Assembly (NCBI RefSeq): GCF_009914755.1
Contig: NC_060942.1
DNA length: 64,000 bases
DNA from: the human T2T-CHM13v2.0 reference genome, Homo sapiens
Reading direction: 5' to 3' (one strand)
The position numbers and the translations under genes are program-made. Shown here in pieces: positions 15,050-27,842 of the stretch. Position 1 is the first letter of the stretch; the number at the start of each line of letters is the position of its first letter. Under the pieces are notes generated by a model, which saw nothing but the letters and a program-made list of their open reading frames with translations, made no database searches and was not told the origin of the DNA.

Positions 15050-15388
15050 ATCTGAGCCTTTAATGAGTTTTTTAGACTAATGAATAAATAAAAGAAAACC
15101 AAAGTTTGCCAACAAATTTAAAAGATAATATGTACAGTAACAGAAGTACTAGTAATGTGGGGAGGATAGAATAATAAAAGTACCTTCTTCCCATGAACTG
15201 AAGAAAGGCTTCGTGAAACATTTGCACTTTAGCCTTAAAGAAAATGGTTATGATTTAAACAGTAACACTTGAAAAATCTAGAAGTTACTTAAGGCAGACG
15301 AAATAGCATGTAACAAGGTACATATGGGAGAGGTTTACAGTTTATAAGGAAAGAGCAAGGAGTCCAGTTTTCTTTTACTATGCATGAG
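15050..15388. mobile_element. L2 fragment (appears to resume at ~16190-16490)
   Basis: Weak L2-like blocks such as aaggcagacgaaatagcatgtaacaagg and tttatgttttaagataatgattctgg. Confidence 0.4.
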
Positions 15389-15895
15389 AGTTAATGGGAC
15401 TCTTAAAATCTCATCATTTGATCCATCATGATGCAACCAGCTTAAGTCAGGCTGCTTGCTGCTCAGGGGCTGAAGACAGGAGAAGCAAAGTGTGGTGATA
15501 GGAAAGCAACTTTATTGATTGAATGCTAGCAATTGGGAGATGGCCAGACTCTGCCTCAAAGGAGCCACGTCTGCCTTCTGGACTGAGTGAAGGGGTTTAA
15601 GAAGAAGAAGGTGCAGGAAACATGTGGGAGTGGTGCAGGAGGCTCCAGGTCTGCTTGCCTCCTTCCAATGGTTATCTTGAGTAATTGACAATCCAGGGAG
15701 GGCTGGTTTGCATCATCCTGACTTCATCCTGGTAGTGGTAGGATGTCCCTAACTCCCACTAAGCAAGAGGATTCTCCAGCTGGGTCTCTCTGCCTGGTTT
15801 GTTTCAAAATTTTGGATCCTGGAATTTCTAAGCAAGCAAATAATTAGATAAGCAAACACTGTTCAAGGAAGTGGCTTTTGGGAATTGTAGAAACA
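15389..15895 (-). mobile_element. Probable ERV1-class solo LTR, family not assigned
   Basis: GC-richer ~500-bp block with a minus-strand AATAAA (aactttattga) and aagtcaggctgcttgctgc, resembling MER4-group LTR ends in reverse. Confidence 0.5.
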
Positions 15896-16546
15896 AAGAG
15901 TTTTAAATGTATTTTTTCAAGGCTGTAAACAAAAAAGGAAAAAGAAGTAGTTTTAAAATGCATTTTGAGCCTGAGATACTTGGTAACAGTAAGGCAGTTT
16001 TCACATTTATTCTTCACAACATTCCTGTGAAACAGGTAGTGTTCTATTTCCCCACAATGCAGATGAGAATATGGGGTCACAAAGACTTAGTTTCCCAATT
16101 TTGTAAATGAAAGAACTGGGAATACTGTCTAAACCATTTTTCTTTAGATTGCAGACAGTTCACTGCGTGTTTTTAGAATAGCAATTTGGGACCATATCGT
16201 GAAGAGTCTTACACGTGTTTGTACTTCAATCTCTGGATAAGGAAGTGCCCTCTGGGGGTAGAAAGGGAGAATAACAAGTTGTCTTTATGTTTTAAGATAA
16301 TGATTCTGGTTGTGACATAGAGGACAAATTGAACTGGAAGGAACTTGGAGGCTCTGTTCCAGAAGAAGGACACGAAGGAAATGTTGTTGAAACTATAGAT
16401 GGCTTACATAAAGCTTGTGTTTGTTGGTAGTGAATAGAGTGGCAAAAAAGCCTGAGTATATGTGGGAAATATCTTTCATTTAGATGAATTTAGGGCACAC
16501 GGGTTTAAATGTTTCATAAAATTTGAACTAATGTAGATAATGTAGA

Positions 16547-16672
16547 TTACAGTTTATAAGGAAAGAGTAAGGAGTCCAGTTTTCTTTTACTATGCCTGAG
16601 AGTCCATGGAACTCTTAAAATCTCATCATTGATCCATCACGATGCAACCAGCTCAAGTCAGGCTGCTTGCTG
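16547..16672 (+). repeat. Second copy of a ~127-bp local direct repeat (first copy 15335-15461)
   Basis: Manual alignment gives 7 substitutions and 1 indel over ~127 bp. Confidence 0.95.
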
Positions 16673-18359
16673 GTCAAGCATCTGACTTTGTATTTGTGAA
16701 AGTCTCATTAATACTGTACAGGTTCCTTCTGTTTTCTTTCCATTGATTGGACAGGTAAAAGATGTTAATATACACTTTTACTATGGTATTTTTAGACATA
16801 TTTTAAGGTGCAAAAAGTAAATTTATTTGCCAATACTCTGCCAATAGTTTGTCATCCTAAAAACAGACGCTGCTAGACATTGTGCCATGCCTTTGTTACC
16901 AGGCTGATTATGAGATTCTAATCGATGGGATGTGCTCCTGGTAACATCAAAGATAATTTTATAGTAAAGACCATCATAAGAAATTACATTTGTGATGAGA
17001 AATTAATATTCTATTAGGCAAATAAATTATCCCATAACTCTGATATGGGAAATATATAAAATATTGTAAGTACTGTAATTATAACTGTAAGTCAAAAAGG
17101 AGATGGAATAAAAATAACATCTCAAAGAGATGTAACATTAATTTAGTGATCTTGCTTCATATTGATTTCTTCCTGTAGCTTTCACAGTAGACTTATTTCA
17201 TTGGAAGTAGCATTTTACTGGAGGTAAACACTCACCAGGAAATTGCCACTGGAAATGACTTAGACCATTAACAAAACTGCACATGAGGACTAAACTACGC
17301 AAATGTAGCTGTCTGATAGTCCCATGAAATATATGAATCATAGAAAGATCAGGAGAGGTGAGAATATGTTACTCTGTGTTCTGCCATTAGTATTTTACCT
17401 TCTTGCTCTTTTATTTAGACATATCTATGAATAAAAAAATTTCAATGAACATAAATATGCAAAACTGAAAAAAGTACATTAAGAATTAATCCAGTATTAG
17501 GAAAAGCACAATGATATGCCTGTAAATATGTAAGACATGGTATTCTCATACCCACAGACTAAAATAAAATATTAATACATTAAGATCAAATTAGGAATAA
17601 TTATTTCAACTTCTAAAGTATATTTAGTTGTGATTATCTTAAGAATTGGATAAAATGGAAGTGCATTTATTTAAAAATGTGTGAATTGAAATTGTCAACC
17701 AAATGCAGAGCATAAGATTAAAGTCATATTTATTTTTCTTGAAAATGATCACTGATTTATAAATTTGACAAGCTTTGTGCTAGAAAGACCAGTCACTCTT
17801 CAACAGATATTGAGCATTTAATGTCTACTAAAAACTTTAATAACTACTGGAGTATTTTTTAAAAAGAATGAGATAAACAATTTTCTTATAGCTATAGAAG
17901 GATATTTTAAGCCAAGAACATAGTGTGTAAAAAGATATGCAAGAAAATAGCATTTTTTGATAATGGTGAGAATTTAGTGTATTTACAGTGAGAAACACAG
18001 GGTGAGATGGGCAGGCCATTAGATCCTTTATCTGTCACTTTATGTATTCAGAAAATATGGATTTGTATCTACTCTTGTAAGCATCAGTGATGTACATTAA
18101 AACAAATCATAGCTGCATATAAAGAGCTGGCAACAGTTGATGTTTTTGTTAATCTCAAATTATCAAAAATATAACGAAACAAGCAAACAGAAAATAAACT
18201 AAAATATTAAGCACTGGGACAGAGGTATTAATAGAACACCACCAAAACACAGAGAAAGGACAGCAAAGTCCTTCAACTGCAGCACATCGCCTTCCATCCT
18301 GGCGCTTGCTGTGCACACTGGAGTTGCTAACCCACTTTCCTATTTTCCAGGAACATGAT

Positions 18360-18780
18360 TGTTATGGGTTGAATTGTTTCTCTTTGAAGTTCAGATATTG
18401 GAGTTCTATTCCTCAGTACTCAGAAAGTGACCTTATTTGGAGACAGGGCCTTTGCAGAGATAATCAAGTTAAAATTAGGTCATTAAGGTGGGCACTAATC
18501 CAAACGACTGATAACTTTATGAAAAGGGGAAATTTGGACACAGAGGCACACACAGAGGGAAGAGCCTGGGAAGAGATGTAGAGCAGACAGCCATCTTCAA
18601 CCCAAAGAGAGAGGCCTGGAACAAATTCTCCCTCACATGCCCCAGAAGGAACCACACCTGCCAACACTGTGATTTTGGAATTCTCGTCTGCAGAGACTAT
18701 TTATTGTGAAACATCCCATTTCTGTTGTTTAAGCCAACTGGCTTTTGGTACTATGCCTCAACAACCTTAGCAAACTATTT
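18360..18780 (+). mobile_element. MLT1A/B-like MaLR LTR
   Basis: Starts tgttatgggttgaattg; gtgaccttatttggagacagggcctttgcagag; tttctgttgtttaagcca. Confidence 0.88.
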
Positions 18781-18951
18781 TAATGGTGCTTTAGTTTTTT
18801 GAAAGCTGAGTTTGAGATGTCCATGAAACACTGCAGTGATGTTTCTAAGTAACAACTGAGAATACATCTGGATCTCAGCAGTCAGTCTTAGGTTAAAGGG
18901 AGATTTTGAGGAGTCATCAATAAGCACAAGATAAACCAAGAAGTGTCAAAA

Positions 18952-19003
18952 GTTCTCACTAAGGTAGTCTGTAATAACGTTCTCACTAAGGTAGTCTGTA
19001 ATA
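18952..19003. repeat. Perfect 25-bp tandem duplication with 2-bp spacer
   Basis: gttctcactaaggtagtctgtaata-ac-gttctcactaaggtagtctgtaata. Confidence 0.95.
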
Positions 19004-19279
19004 TACAGAAAGGAAAGTAATGACAAAGCTCTGTGATATATTGACATGTAAGGAGTGGTTGAAAAACGTTAAATTCATAAAGAAAATTTAAACAAAAAAT
19101 CCAGAGCTAAATGAAATCAGAAGATTTGGTATCTCAAAAATCCAAGATGCGAATATTTTTTAAAAATAAGTAGTATTCAGGGCCTCAAGAAAGACACTGA
19201 CTTCTTCAACCAGAGGGTAAATTTCTAGTTTCTCTATGTGGGAGCTTATGTTATTAAGGGATAGTTCCTCATTTTTCAT

Positions 19280-19670
19280 ATTTGCATTTAGTGCTACGAA
19301 TTTTTCTCACAGCTTTGCATTAGCTGTATTTCACAAATGTTGACATGTAGCATTTTTATTCAGTTCAATGTATTTTTTTAAAATTTTGCTTTACTTTCTA
19401 TTTGACCCATAGATTGCTTAGAAGTGATTCATTTAGTTTCCAAGAGCTTCTTCAGCTCCAATTCTGGACATTATGAGGGAAAAAAATCTAGGGAAACCAC
19501 ACCAATGTCTTCCTTTTGCCGTAAGGTCTCTACTTGTCTGCCCTCCTATTCTCAGTTTTTAAATTTTCTCTTATTTGTTTGCATATAATGTCCAGGGTTT
19601 TTGTTGTATTTAGTAAGAGGAGTACAACAATTTTTTTTTTCTATCTGTATTCCTGGAAGTGGAAACCTCA
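19280..19670 (-). mobile_element. Old L1M remnant (ORF2 piece joined to a 5'-end-like piece)
   Basis: cacagctttgcattagctgtatttcacaaatgttgac (ORF2 antisense), then atataatgtccagggtttttgttgtatttag...cctggaagtggaa (L1MD-like 5' end). Confidence 0.55.
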
Positions 19671-21019
19671 GATAATTCATTTTAACAAGTAATGCTTCTT
19701 AAAACTTTTTATATTATGATATATGGATGTACAATTGCAGAAATCATAAATGCATAGTTTATTGTATCTGTTCAAACTGAGAATACCTTTTTAAGCAAAT
19801 CTCAGATCACAAAACAGAAAATGACAACACTTAGAAGCCCTCATTAACCAGTCACTAACCCTATGAGTTGTTACCAATATACTAATTTATAACACCAGAT
19901 TTTAGTCCTCTGATTTTGTTTTTACAAAACTTATATTACAAAACATAATTTTATTCTCCCTACTCTGTAGCATTAAGAAATAAACGTGTCAAAATCAAGT
20001 TGACATCCTCTATCATTAGCGCTCACATATATTGAAAACCGAAGTTTCTATTCCCTGTACCAAATCCAATTTTTAAAGGCATCGAGCTAGAAGCAATATA
20101 AAACAGTGAGTATTGACTCTGATACGATAGCAGATGGTAAAATATACTTTCCCACTTACTAGTTATGTAAATATGGCCAATAAACTCAATTTTTAAAAAC
20201 CTTAGGTGGACTATAGGTTAAAAATAGAACCTCATCAGAGACAGATTTTGTGGCTTAAATGTGACAATGCTCATGAACTGTAAGTTTGTAATCCCCCACA
20301 GAGACATAGCAAAAGATATATTACTTATTAAAAATCAAGTTGTATTTTTATAGTTTGGCACTTTTGTTTCTACACTTATCCAATTAATGCATTCGGTATA
20401 TTCTACCTCCCTAATTTCATTCATACTTGCTTCTTTCTACTTTCCACTTTCAATGTTATTATTACAGCCACATAATCATGGAGCGTCAGCACTGGCCAGG
20501 TATTAGAACACAAGTGCAATCTCTGTGTATTCCTATGATAAAATTGATGAACAAATAAATGATATAATTTAGCCATTGCTACAAAGCTAAATAATAGTTA
20601 GTTTAAATTTGATTCTTAGGCTCCTAATTTAATACAGTCCCTTTTGCTTGCATAAAAAATATCTTTCTTGAATTCCCCTCTTGTCAGTTGTTTCCCTTTT
20701 AAGTATTTTTCTCCCTTGACATACTGGTTAGTCATTCTTAATTGCAGTTTTGATCATACAATTACCTTGCTCATATATAAACTTTCCTTTAGAGTAAAAC
20801 AAGAGTCCAGCTATTCACTAGCTTGCACAGCTTCATATTACCTTTACTTTAGTTTTCAGTTTGTTTAGTTTAGTTTTCGTCAAAGATACTTAACCTAAGT
20901 TGAGATAATATCTATTTCTATTGTGGGGATCAAATGAGATAAGATATCTAAAACCATAAACATAGAGTCCTGTATCTCAGGTCACTTCTGTTTTCACTCA
21001 CATCTGTGATCAAAAATTC

Positions 21020-21415
21020 CTTGGGTTCTCAAATTCAAGCAGAGGACACCTTATTCCAAGCACAAAATGCAGCTCAATCTTCTGCCTTAGGACACCTTAT
21101 GAGGCAGGAACTGCATATGAGTAAGTGCAGCAGGAACCTATGGGTATGTTAATGCCACCAAATGGGGGTATCAGAGAGTCGACTGGTAATTTCCTCATTC
21201 TCACGTTAATCATGCAGACAATCCTCAGAAGGATTCTGCATGGGTTTCAGAAGTCACAGTAGAGTGAAACCCAGGTGCATGCAGTAGCAAACTGGAGAAA
21301 GCACGGGTTTTCCTTCGTCCTTGTTCCCTCACTCTTTCCCCGAGGAATCTTCTCTCAAACTACCTGCCTGCAAGCCCTGTCTCGGGCTCTATTTCTAGGG
21401 GTAACCTGAAGGAAC
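21020..21415 (+). mobile_element. Old ERVL LTR (LTR16-like)
   Basis: The 3' end ctacctgcctgcaagccctgtctcgggctctatttctaggggtaacctgaa resembles LTR16 termini. Confidence 0.5.
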
Positions 21416-22960
21416 ATACTGATATATCATAGGTAGGCGAGTGACAGATTGCTTTTTACTTGTTCTAATGCATTTAAACTCCATTGCCTACCAAAGTAAG
21501 TGTAATTTCCTCTTCCTGGCAGTTAAGGTCATCCACAAATTGGCCACCAATTTTTCGAATCACACATTATGATACAGTATTTCTCTACAGGAACATTACT
21601 TGGCTGCAGACTGTTCCTTTAATGCATTTCATGTTTCACCCAGTTGTGCTTTTCTAAATGATCTTTCAACAGCTTAAGATGCTCTTTATCCCATTTTTGT
21701 GCATCAAAATTTTGTAGTCGTCAGGATTTTTATCAAATACTATCACCTTCATAAAGCCTTTCCAGATCCTTTCCTGTGAAATGTACCATTTCCTGTGGGG
21801 TTCATTTGGACACTAAGAGTACTTTATTTGTGTTCCTTAATTATCTTTACATTAAATTATAAGCTAGGATATTCTTGTTTTCTAAAGTTTACTAAATTTT
21901 AAACCTCTTACTGTGCCCGAATAATCCTAAAGGTTTCAAGTCTGTTACTGTGCCTGACACCTTAACTTAGTGTGTATGCGTGTGTAAATGTGTGTATCCT
22001 CTGTATATCTATCGAGTGGATATAATTTTATATGTGCTAATTGCAGAAAATCTCAAAGAGTCAATAAGCAAAAGAAAAATAAAATAGCCTCAAGTATCTC
22101 ATGCCAGAGAAAACCTCTATCAATATTTTGCTACCCTGTATTTTTAAATTGTTTAATTAATGATAATATTATTTTACCATCCTATTTTAAAATTAATAAT
22201 GCCTATATCATTGATAGGTATTCATTATAATGGACAGAAAATAAACGACAAGGAAAAATCTGTTAATATTTGAGGAGTTCTAGATTCAGAAATATGGGAA
22301 AAAACACTTTTAAAAATATATATGAAATACAACATTCTTACAATACGTACACGTGCGAGGGGTACTCCTGATTTTTTATGAAGTTCACTTTTTCTTGTAA
22401 TTTGCCTTGCTGTTTCTCCATCCTACTTCACAAATGCAGCCGTTTCTCCTTATTTTGGATTTGTGACTTTTTAGGTGTTATATAACTATAGCCTTGTTTA
22501 TACCACAGTCACTGATCCCCACCATACACTTTGAGTTGTCTACGATGTTGAATAAGTTATGACAGTAGCCAAACCCTTCCCCTACATTCTTAAGGGGAAA
22601 GTGTTCAGTCTCTTATGATTAAGTGTGATGTTAGTTGTGGGATTTTATTTTTTTAATATTTTTTAACTAACATAAAATTGTATGTTTTATCATGTACAGC
22701 AAGTATGTGTAGATTGTGGAATGATTAAATCTAGCTAGTTAACAAATGCGTTCGCTGTCATAGGTATCCTTTTTGTGGTAAGAACACTTAACATTCACTG
22801 TCTTTGCATTTTCTTAGGTACCCTTTATCAGGTTAGAAGTAGCCTCCTATGTCTAGATTACTGAGAAATTTTAATCATATATGAATGTCAAATTTTCTAA
22901 AATGCTTTGTCTGCACCTATTAAGGTGATTGTTTGACTTTTTGTTTTTTGTTTTTTAATA

Positions 22961-23044
22961 GGATGAATTACCCTGGGATGAATTACACTGGGATGGATTA
23001 CACTGGGATGGATTACACTGGGATGAATTACACTGGGATGAATT
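22961..23044. repeat. 15-bp minisatellite, ~5.6 copies
   Basis: Unit ggatg(a/g)attac(a/c)ctg: five full copies plus ggatgaatt. Confidence 0.95.
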
Positions 23045-23358
23045 CATGGGCAGGAAAAAATTCTCTGTTGGTCACAATGTATTATTATTTTTACATATTA
23101 TGGGATTAGATTTGCTGAAATTGTATTTTGCATCCTTGCATTGATTTATACACATAAGTTGTTTTTTATAACCTATTACATAGTATTGTGTTTTTATTTT
23201 TATTTTATTTGTCAAGGGTGTGTGTGTGTGTATGTGTTTAATCAGGCTAACGCTAGATTCATAAAAGTTAAGAAATATTCAGTACCTCTTTGTTGGGCTG
23301 TATGTAGAATTGGTGTTGTTTCTTTCTTAAATACTTACTATATATTGACATTAATATT

Positions 23359-23635
23359 GGCTGGGTGCGGTGGCTTACACTTGTAGTTCTACACTTTCGG
23401 AGGCTGAGGCCAGAGTATCACTTGAGGCCAGGGGTTCAAGGCCAACCTGAACAACATAGCAAGACCCTATCTCTACAAAAAAAATTGTTTAAAAAATTTC
23501 CCTTGTGTGGTGGCAGGATAAAGTGGGAGGATTGCTCTAGCCCAGGAGGTCAAGGCTGCAATGAGTTGTAATTGCACCACTGCCTTCCAGCTGGGGTGAC
23601 AGAACTTAAACCCTGTCTCAAAAGACAAACAGAAA
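23359..23635 (+). mobile_element. AluJ with internal deletion
   Basis: J-type motifs cacttgaggccaggggttc, caacatagcaagacc, ggaggtcaaggctgca. Confidence 0.88.
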
Positions 23636-23754
23636 ACATTAATATAGCAAAACTACAAAATATTCAGTGTATTGGTAAAATTCTCCAATAAGCCCATGTG
23701 GTCCTGGAGTTTTTTGTGTGTAAAGGTATACAACTAAAATTTTAGATTTAATAG

Positions 23755-24065
23755 GGCCAGGCACGGTGGCTCACACCTGTAATCCCAGTACTTTGGGAGG
23801 CCAAGGGTGGGTGGATCACGAGGTCAGCAGATGGAGACCATCCTGGCTAACACGGTGAAACCCCGTCTCTACCAGAAAATACGAAAAATTAGCCGGGCGT
23901 AGTGGTGGGCGCCTGTAGTCCGAGCTACTCAGGAGGCTGAGGCAGAAGAATGGCATGAACCTGGGAGGCGGAGCTTGCAGTGAGCCCAGCTCGCGCCACT
24001 GTACTCCAGCCTGGGTGACAGAGCCAGACTCCGTCTCAAAAAAAAAAAAAAGAAAAGAAAAAAAA
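23755..24065 (+). mobile_element. AluY
   Basis: Y diagnostics accatcctggctaacacgg, gaatggcatgaacc, gcggagcttgcag; A-rich tail. Confidence 0.95.
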
Positions 24066-24429
24066 TTGGATTTAGTATATATATATATGGTTACTCAAAT
24101 TCTAATTTTGTTCTTAGTAGAGTGTTTTGGTAAGTTGTATTTCAAAGAATTTGTCCACTTTAAGCTATCAAATTTATTGCCATAAATTATTCATAATATG
24201 TTATTTATCTTTTTAAAATGCATGTTCTGTGGTAATAGACTTTCCTCATTCCTAATATTTAATTCTTTCTTCCCTTATTTTTGTCTGTCAGCCAATAGAT
24301 GTATCAAATGTATTGATGTCCTAATGAATAGACCCTTTATTATCATGAAATGACCCTGTTTATCTCCAGTAATATTTGTAACTCTGAAATATGTCTAATA
24401 TTAATATAGCCACTCTACCTTTCTTTTTT

Positions 24430-24880
24430 ACATAAACCTTTTTATTCTAAAGTAAGTTTGATTTAGATAAAAATTGCAAAAAATTCTATAAATTACTGCA
24501 TACATTTCACCCAGTTTCCCTATTGTTACTGTCTTAAATAACCACGGTATATTCGTCAAAATTTAAATACCAGTATTTATACTGTCTTTGTTAATGATTA
24601 GCGAAACTCCAGAATTATGCATGTTTAACTCGGTATTTTCCTAATATCTTTTTCTCCAGGACACGATCCCAGACACCTGCATTTAGCTATTACGTATCCT
24701 TAGGATCCTCTAATCTGTAACACTTTCTCAATCTTTGTTTTTCCTGACCTTGGGAGTTATAAGGAAATCTAGTCAGGTATTTGTAGAATGTTCTTCACTT
24801 TGAGATTGTCTGGTGTTTTCTTCAACGATTATACTGAAGTTATAGATTGTGGGAAAGAATACACAGGGGTGAAGTAACAT
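24430..24880 (-). mobile_element. L1MC-type 3' UTR fragment
   Basis: ttcacccagtttccc; tgcatttagctattacgtatccttagg; tcaggtatttgtagaatgttc. Confidence 0.6.
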
Positions 24881-24884
24881 CATA

Positions 24885-27842
24885 GGATTGCTTTGGCTAT
24901 TTGCACTTTTTTGTTTTTACATGAATTATAGAACAGCTTTTTTTTCTAATTTTGTTAAGAATTACTTTGGTAGTTTGATAGGAATAGAGTTGAATCTGTA
25001 AATTGCTGTGGGCAGTAGTGCTATTTTAGTGACATTGAGTTTTTCGATTCATGAGCATGGAATTTTTTAAATTTATTCATGTCATCTCTGATTTCTTTCA
25101 GCAATGTTTTGTAGAACTCCACATAGAGATCTTTCACCTCTTTGGTTAGATGGATTCCTAAATATTTCATTTTCTTACTGGTTTTTGTAAATGAGATTGT
25201 GTTCTTTATTTGACTCTCAGCCTTGATGTTATTGGCGTATAAAACTGCTACTGGTTTTTGTACATTGATTTTGTATGCTGGAACAAAATCAAACAAAAAT
25301 TTTAGTGAGCTAAAAATCAGTTATCAGTTCTAGTAGCCTTTTGCCAGAGTCTTTAATATTTTTGAGGTATAAAATTATATCACCAACAAAAAGAGATCAT
25401 TTGACTTCTTCTGTTCTTATTTGGATGCCTTTTATTGCTTCCACTTGCCTGATTGCTCTGGCTAGGAATCCAGTACTATGTCGAATAGGAGTGTTGAGAG
25501 TGGGCATCCTTGTCTTGTCTCAGTTCTCAAGGAGAATGCTTTCAGCCATTGACCATTCCATATGATGTTGCCTGCGGGTTTGTCACAGAGGGGTCTTATA
25601 CTTTTGAGATATGTTCCCTTGGTGTCCAGCCTGTTGAGGGTTTTTATCATGAATGGATGGTGGATTTTATTGAAAGTGTTCTGTGTTTATTGAGGTGATT
25701 ACAGAATGTTTGCTTTTAATGTTATCTATGTGGTGAATCACATTTATTGATTAGTGTATGTTAAAATAGTCTTGTATCCCAGGAATATAGCCTACTTGAT
25801 CATGGTGGTTTAACTTTTTGTTGTGCTGCTGGATTCACTTTGTTGAGGATTTCTGCATCTATATATATCAGGTATATTTGCCTGAAGTTTTCCTTTTTTG
25901 TTGTGTTTCTGCCAGATTTTTGTATCAGGCTGATACCAGCTTTATAGAATGAGTTAGAGAGGATCCCTAGTTCCTCAACTTTTTGGAATAGTTTCCATAG
26001 GATGACTATCAGTTCTTCTTTGCACATCTGTAGTATTTGGCTATGAATCCATCTGGTTCACGAATTTTTAGTTGGTAAGTTTTTTATTACTTATTCAATT
26101 TCAGAGCTCAATATTTGTCTATTCAGGGTTTCAAACTTCCTGATTCAATCTTGGGAGATTGTTTGCTTCCACGAATCTATCCATTTTCTCTAGATTTCTG
26201 CATGTGCATGCATAGAGGTCCCCATAGTATTCTCTGAAGATCTTTTGTATTTCTGTAGGATCAGTTGTAATGTCATATCTGTCATTTCTAATTGTACTTA
26301 TTTGGATCTTCTCTTTTATATTCTATGTTAGTCTAGCTAGTGGTCAATCCATCTTTTTTATTTTTTCAAATAACCAATTATTGGTTTCATTTATCTTTTG
26401 TATGACTTTTTGCATCTCAATTTCATTCAGTTCTTTTCTTATTTATTTTATTTTCCTTGCTTTCAGTTTGTTCATCTTTTTCTAGTTCCTTTAGGTGCTA
26501 AGATAGTTAATTTGAGATCTTCCTAAGATCTCGATGAAGGCATTCGGTGCTATAAGCTTTCTTCTTAACGTTGCTTTAGGTGCATCCTAGAGATGTTGGT
26601 AAGTTGTGTCCCTACTTTCATTAGTTTACAACATGTTTTATTTCTGCCTTAATTTTAATGTTCACCCGGGAAGTATTCAGGAGCACCTTGTTTAATTTAT
26701 ATGCATTTCTGTAGTTTTGAGAGGTTTTCTTAATATTGAATTCTATTTTTGTTGCACAGTGGTCCAAAAGTGTGCATGGTATGATTTCACATTTTTTTAA
26801 TTTATTGAGACTTGCTTTATGTCTGAGCATGTGGTCAATTTTATAATATGTTGTGTGTGCAGATGAGAAGAATGTATACTCCCTAGTGCTGGGAGGAGTA
26901 CTCTGTAGATGTCTAGTAAGTCTAATTGGTCAAATGTCAAGTTTATTAACTAATTAATATATTTATTTTTATTTCTATAGGTTATTGGGGAACAGGTGGT
27001 GTTTGGTTACATGAGTAAGTTCTTTAGTGGTGATTTGTGAGATTTTGGTGCACCCACCACCCAGGCAGTACACACTGCACCCTATTTGTAGTCTTTTATC
27101 TCTCAGCCCCTTCCCACCCATTCCTCTGAGTCCCCAAAGTCTATTGTGTCTTCTTATGCCTTTGCATTCTCATAGCTTAGCTCCTACTTATGAGTGAGAA
27201 CATAAGACATTTGGTTTTCCATTTCTGAGCTACTTCACTTAGAATAATAGTCTCCAATCTCATCAAGGTCTCTCCAAATTCCAGTTTAAGTGCATAATTT
27301 ATTAGTTTTCTGTCTTAATGATCTAACAATGTCAGTGGGGTGTTGAAGTCCCCCACTATTATTGTGTGTTTGTCTTAGAGCTTTTGTCATCCTGGAAAAA
27401 CTTGTTTTATGAATCTCGGTGCCCCAGTGTTGGGCAGTTAGAATAGTTAAGTCTTCTTGTTGTATTGTACCCTCTACCATTATGTAATGACCTTCTTTGT
27501 CCTTTTTTAAAGTTTTACTAGTTTAAAGTTTGTTTTATCTGACATAAGGATAGTGATGTCTGCTCTTTGTTTTCCGTTTGCATGGTACATCTTTCTTCAT
27601 TCCTTTACTTTGAGCCTACGGATGTCATTAAGCCATGAGGGATGGGTCCCTTGAAGGCAGCAGATGATTGGATCTTGTCTTTTTTCCAGCTTGTCACTTC
27701 ATGTCTTTGAAGTGGGGTGTTTAGGTCCTTTACATTTAGGATTAGTGTTGATATGCAGGATTTTGATCCTGTCATCATGTTGTTAGCTGATTGTTTTGTA
27801 GACTTGATTGTGTTGCTGCTTTATAGCAAGTATGGGCTATGT
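24885..27842 (-). mobile_element. L1 (PB/MA age) ORF2 remnant covering endonuclease to RT, pseudogenised
   Basis: Collinear minus-strand ORFs match L1 ORF2p: [59 protein letters not shown]...KYLGIHLTKEVKDLY. Confidence 0.93.
26945..27283 (-). mobile_element. L1PB 3' end nested inside the older L1 ORF2
   Basis: ggggaacaggtggtgtttggttacatgagtaagttctttagtggtgatttgtgagattttggtgcaccc is the L1PB 3' terminus; the host ORF2 resumes at ...gtttaagt. Confidence 0.85.

Larger units (their letters stand above)
22570..24430 (-). mobile_element. Old L1M ORF2 remnant interrupted by an L1MA 3' fragment (~22655-22815), a minisatellite and two Alus
   Basis: ttaaggggaaagtgttcagtctctt; ccctttatcaggttag; aagcccatgtggtcctggagtttt; ttttggtaagttgtatttcaaagaatttgtcca. 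Confidence 0.7.

Noticed and set aside
22343-22360. CpG-containing CACGTG/TACGTA motif cluster
   Set aside because: Isolated short motifs with no supporting context; expected by chance in 64 kb.
22961-23044. CRISPR-like array
   Set aside because: Head-to-tail 15-mers without unique spacers, in eukaryotic DNA inside an L1.
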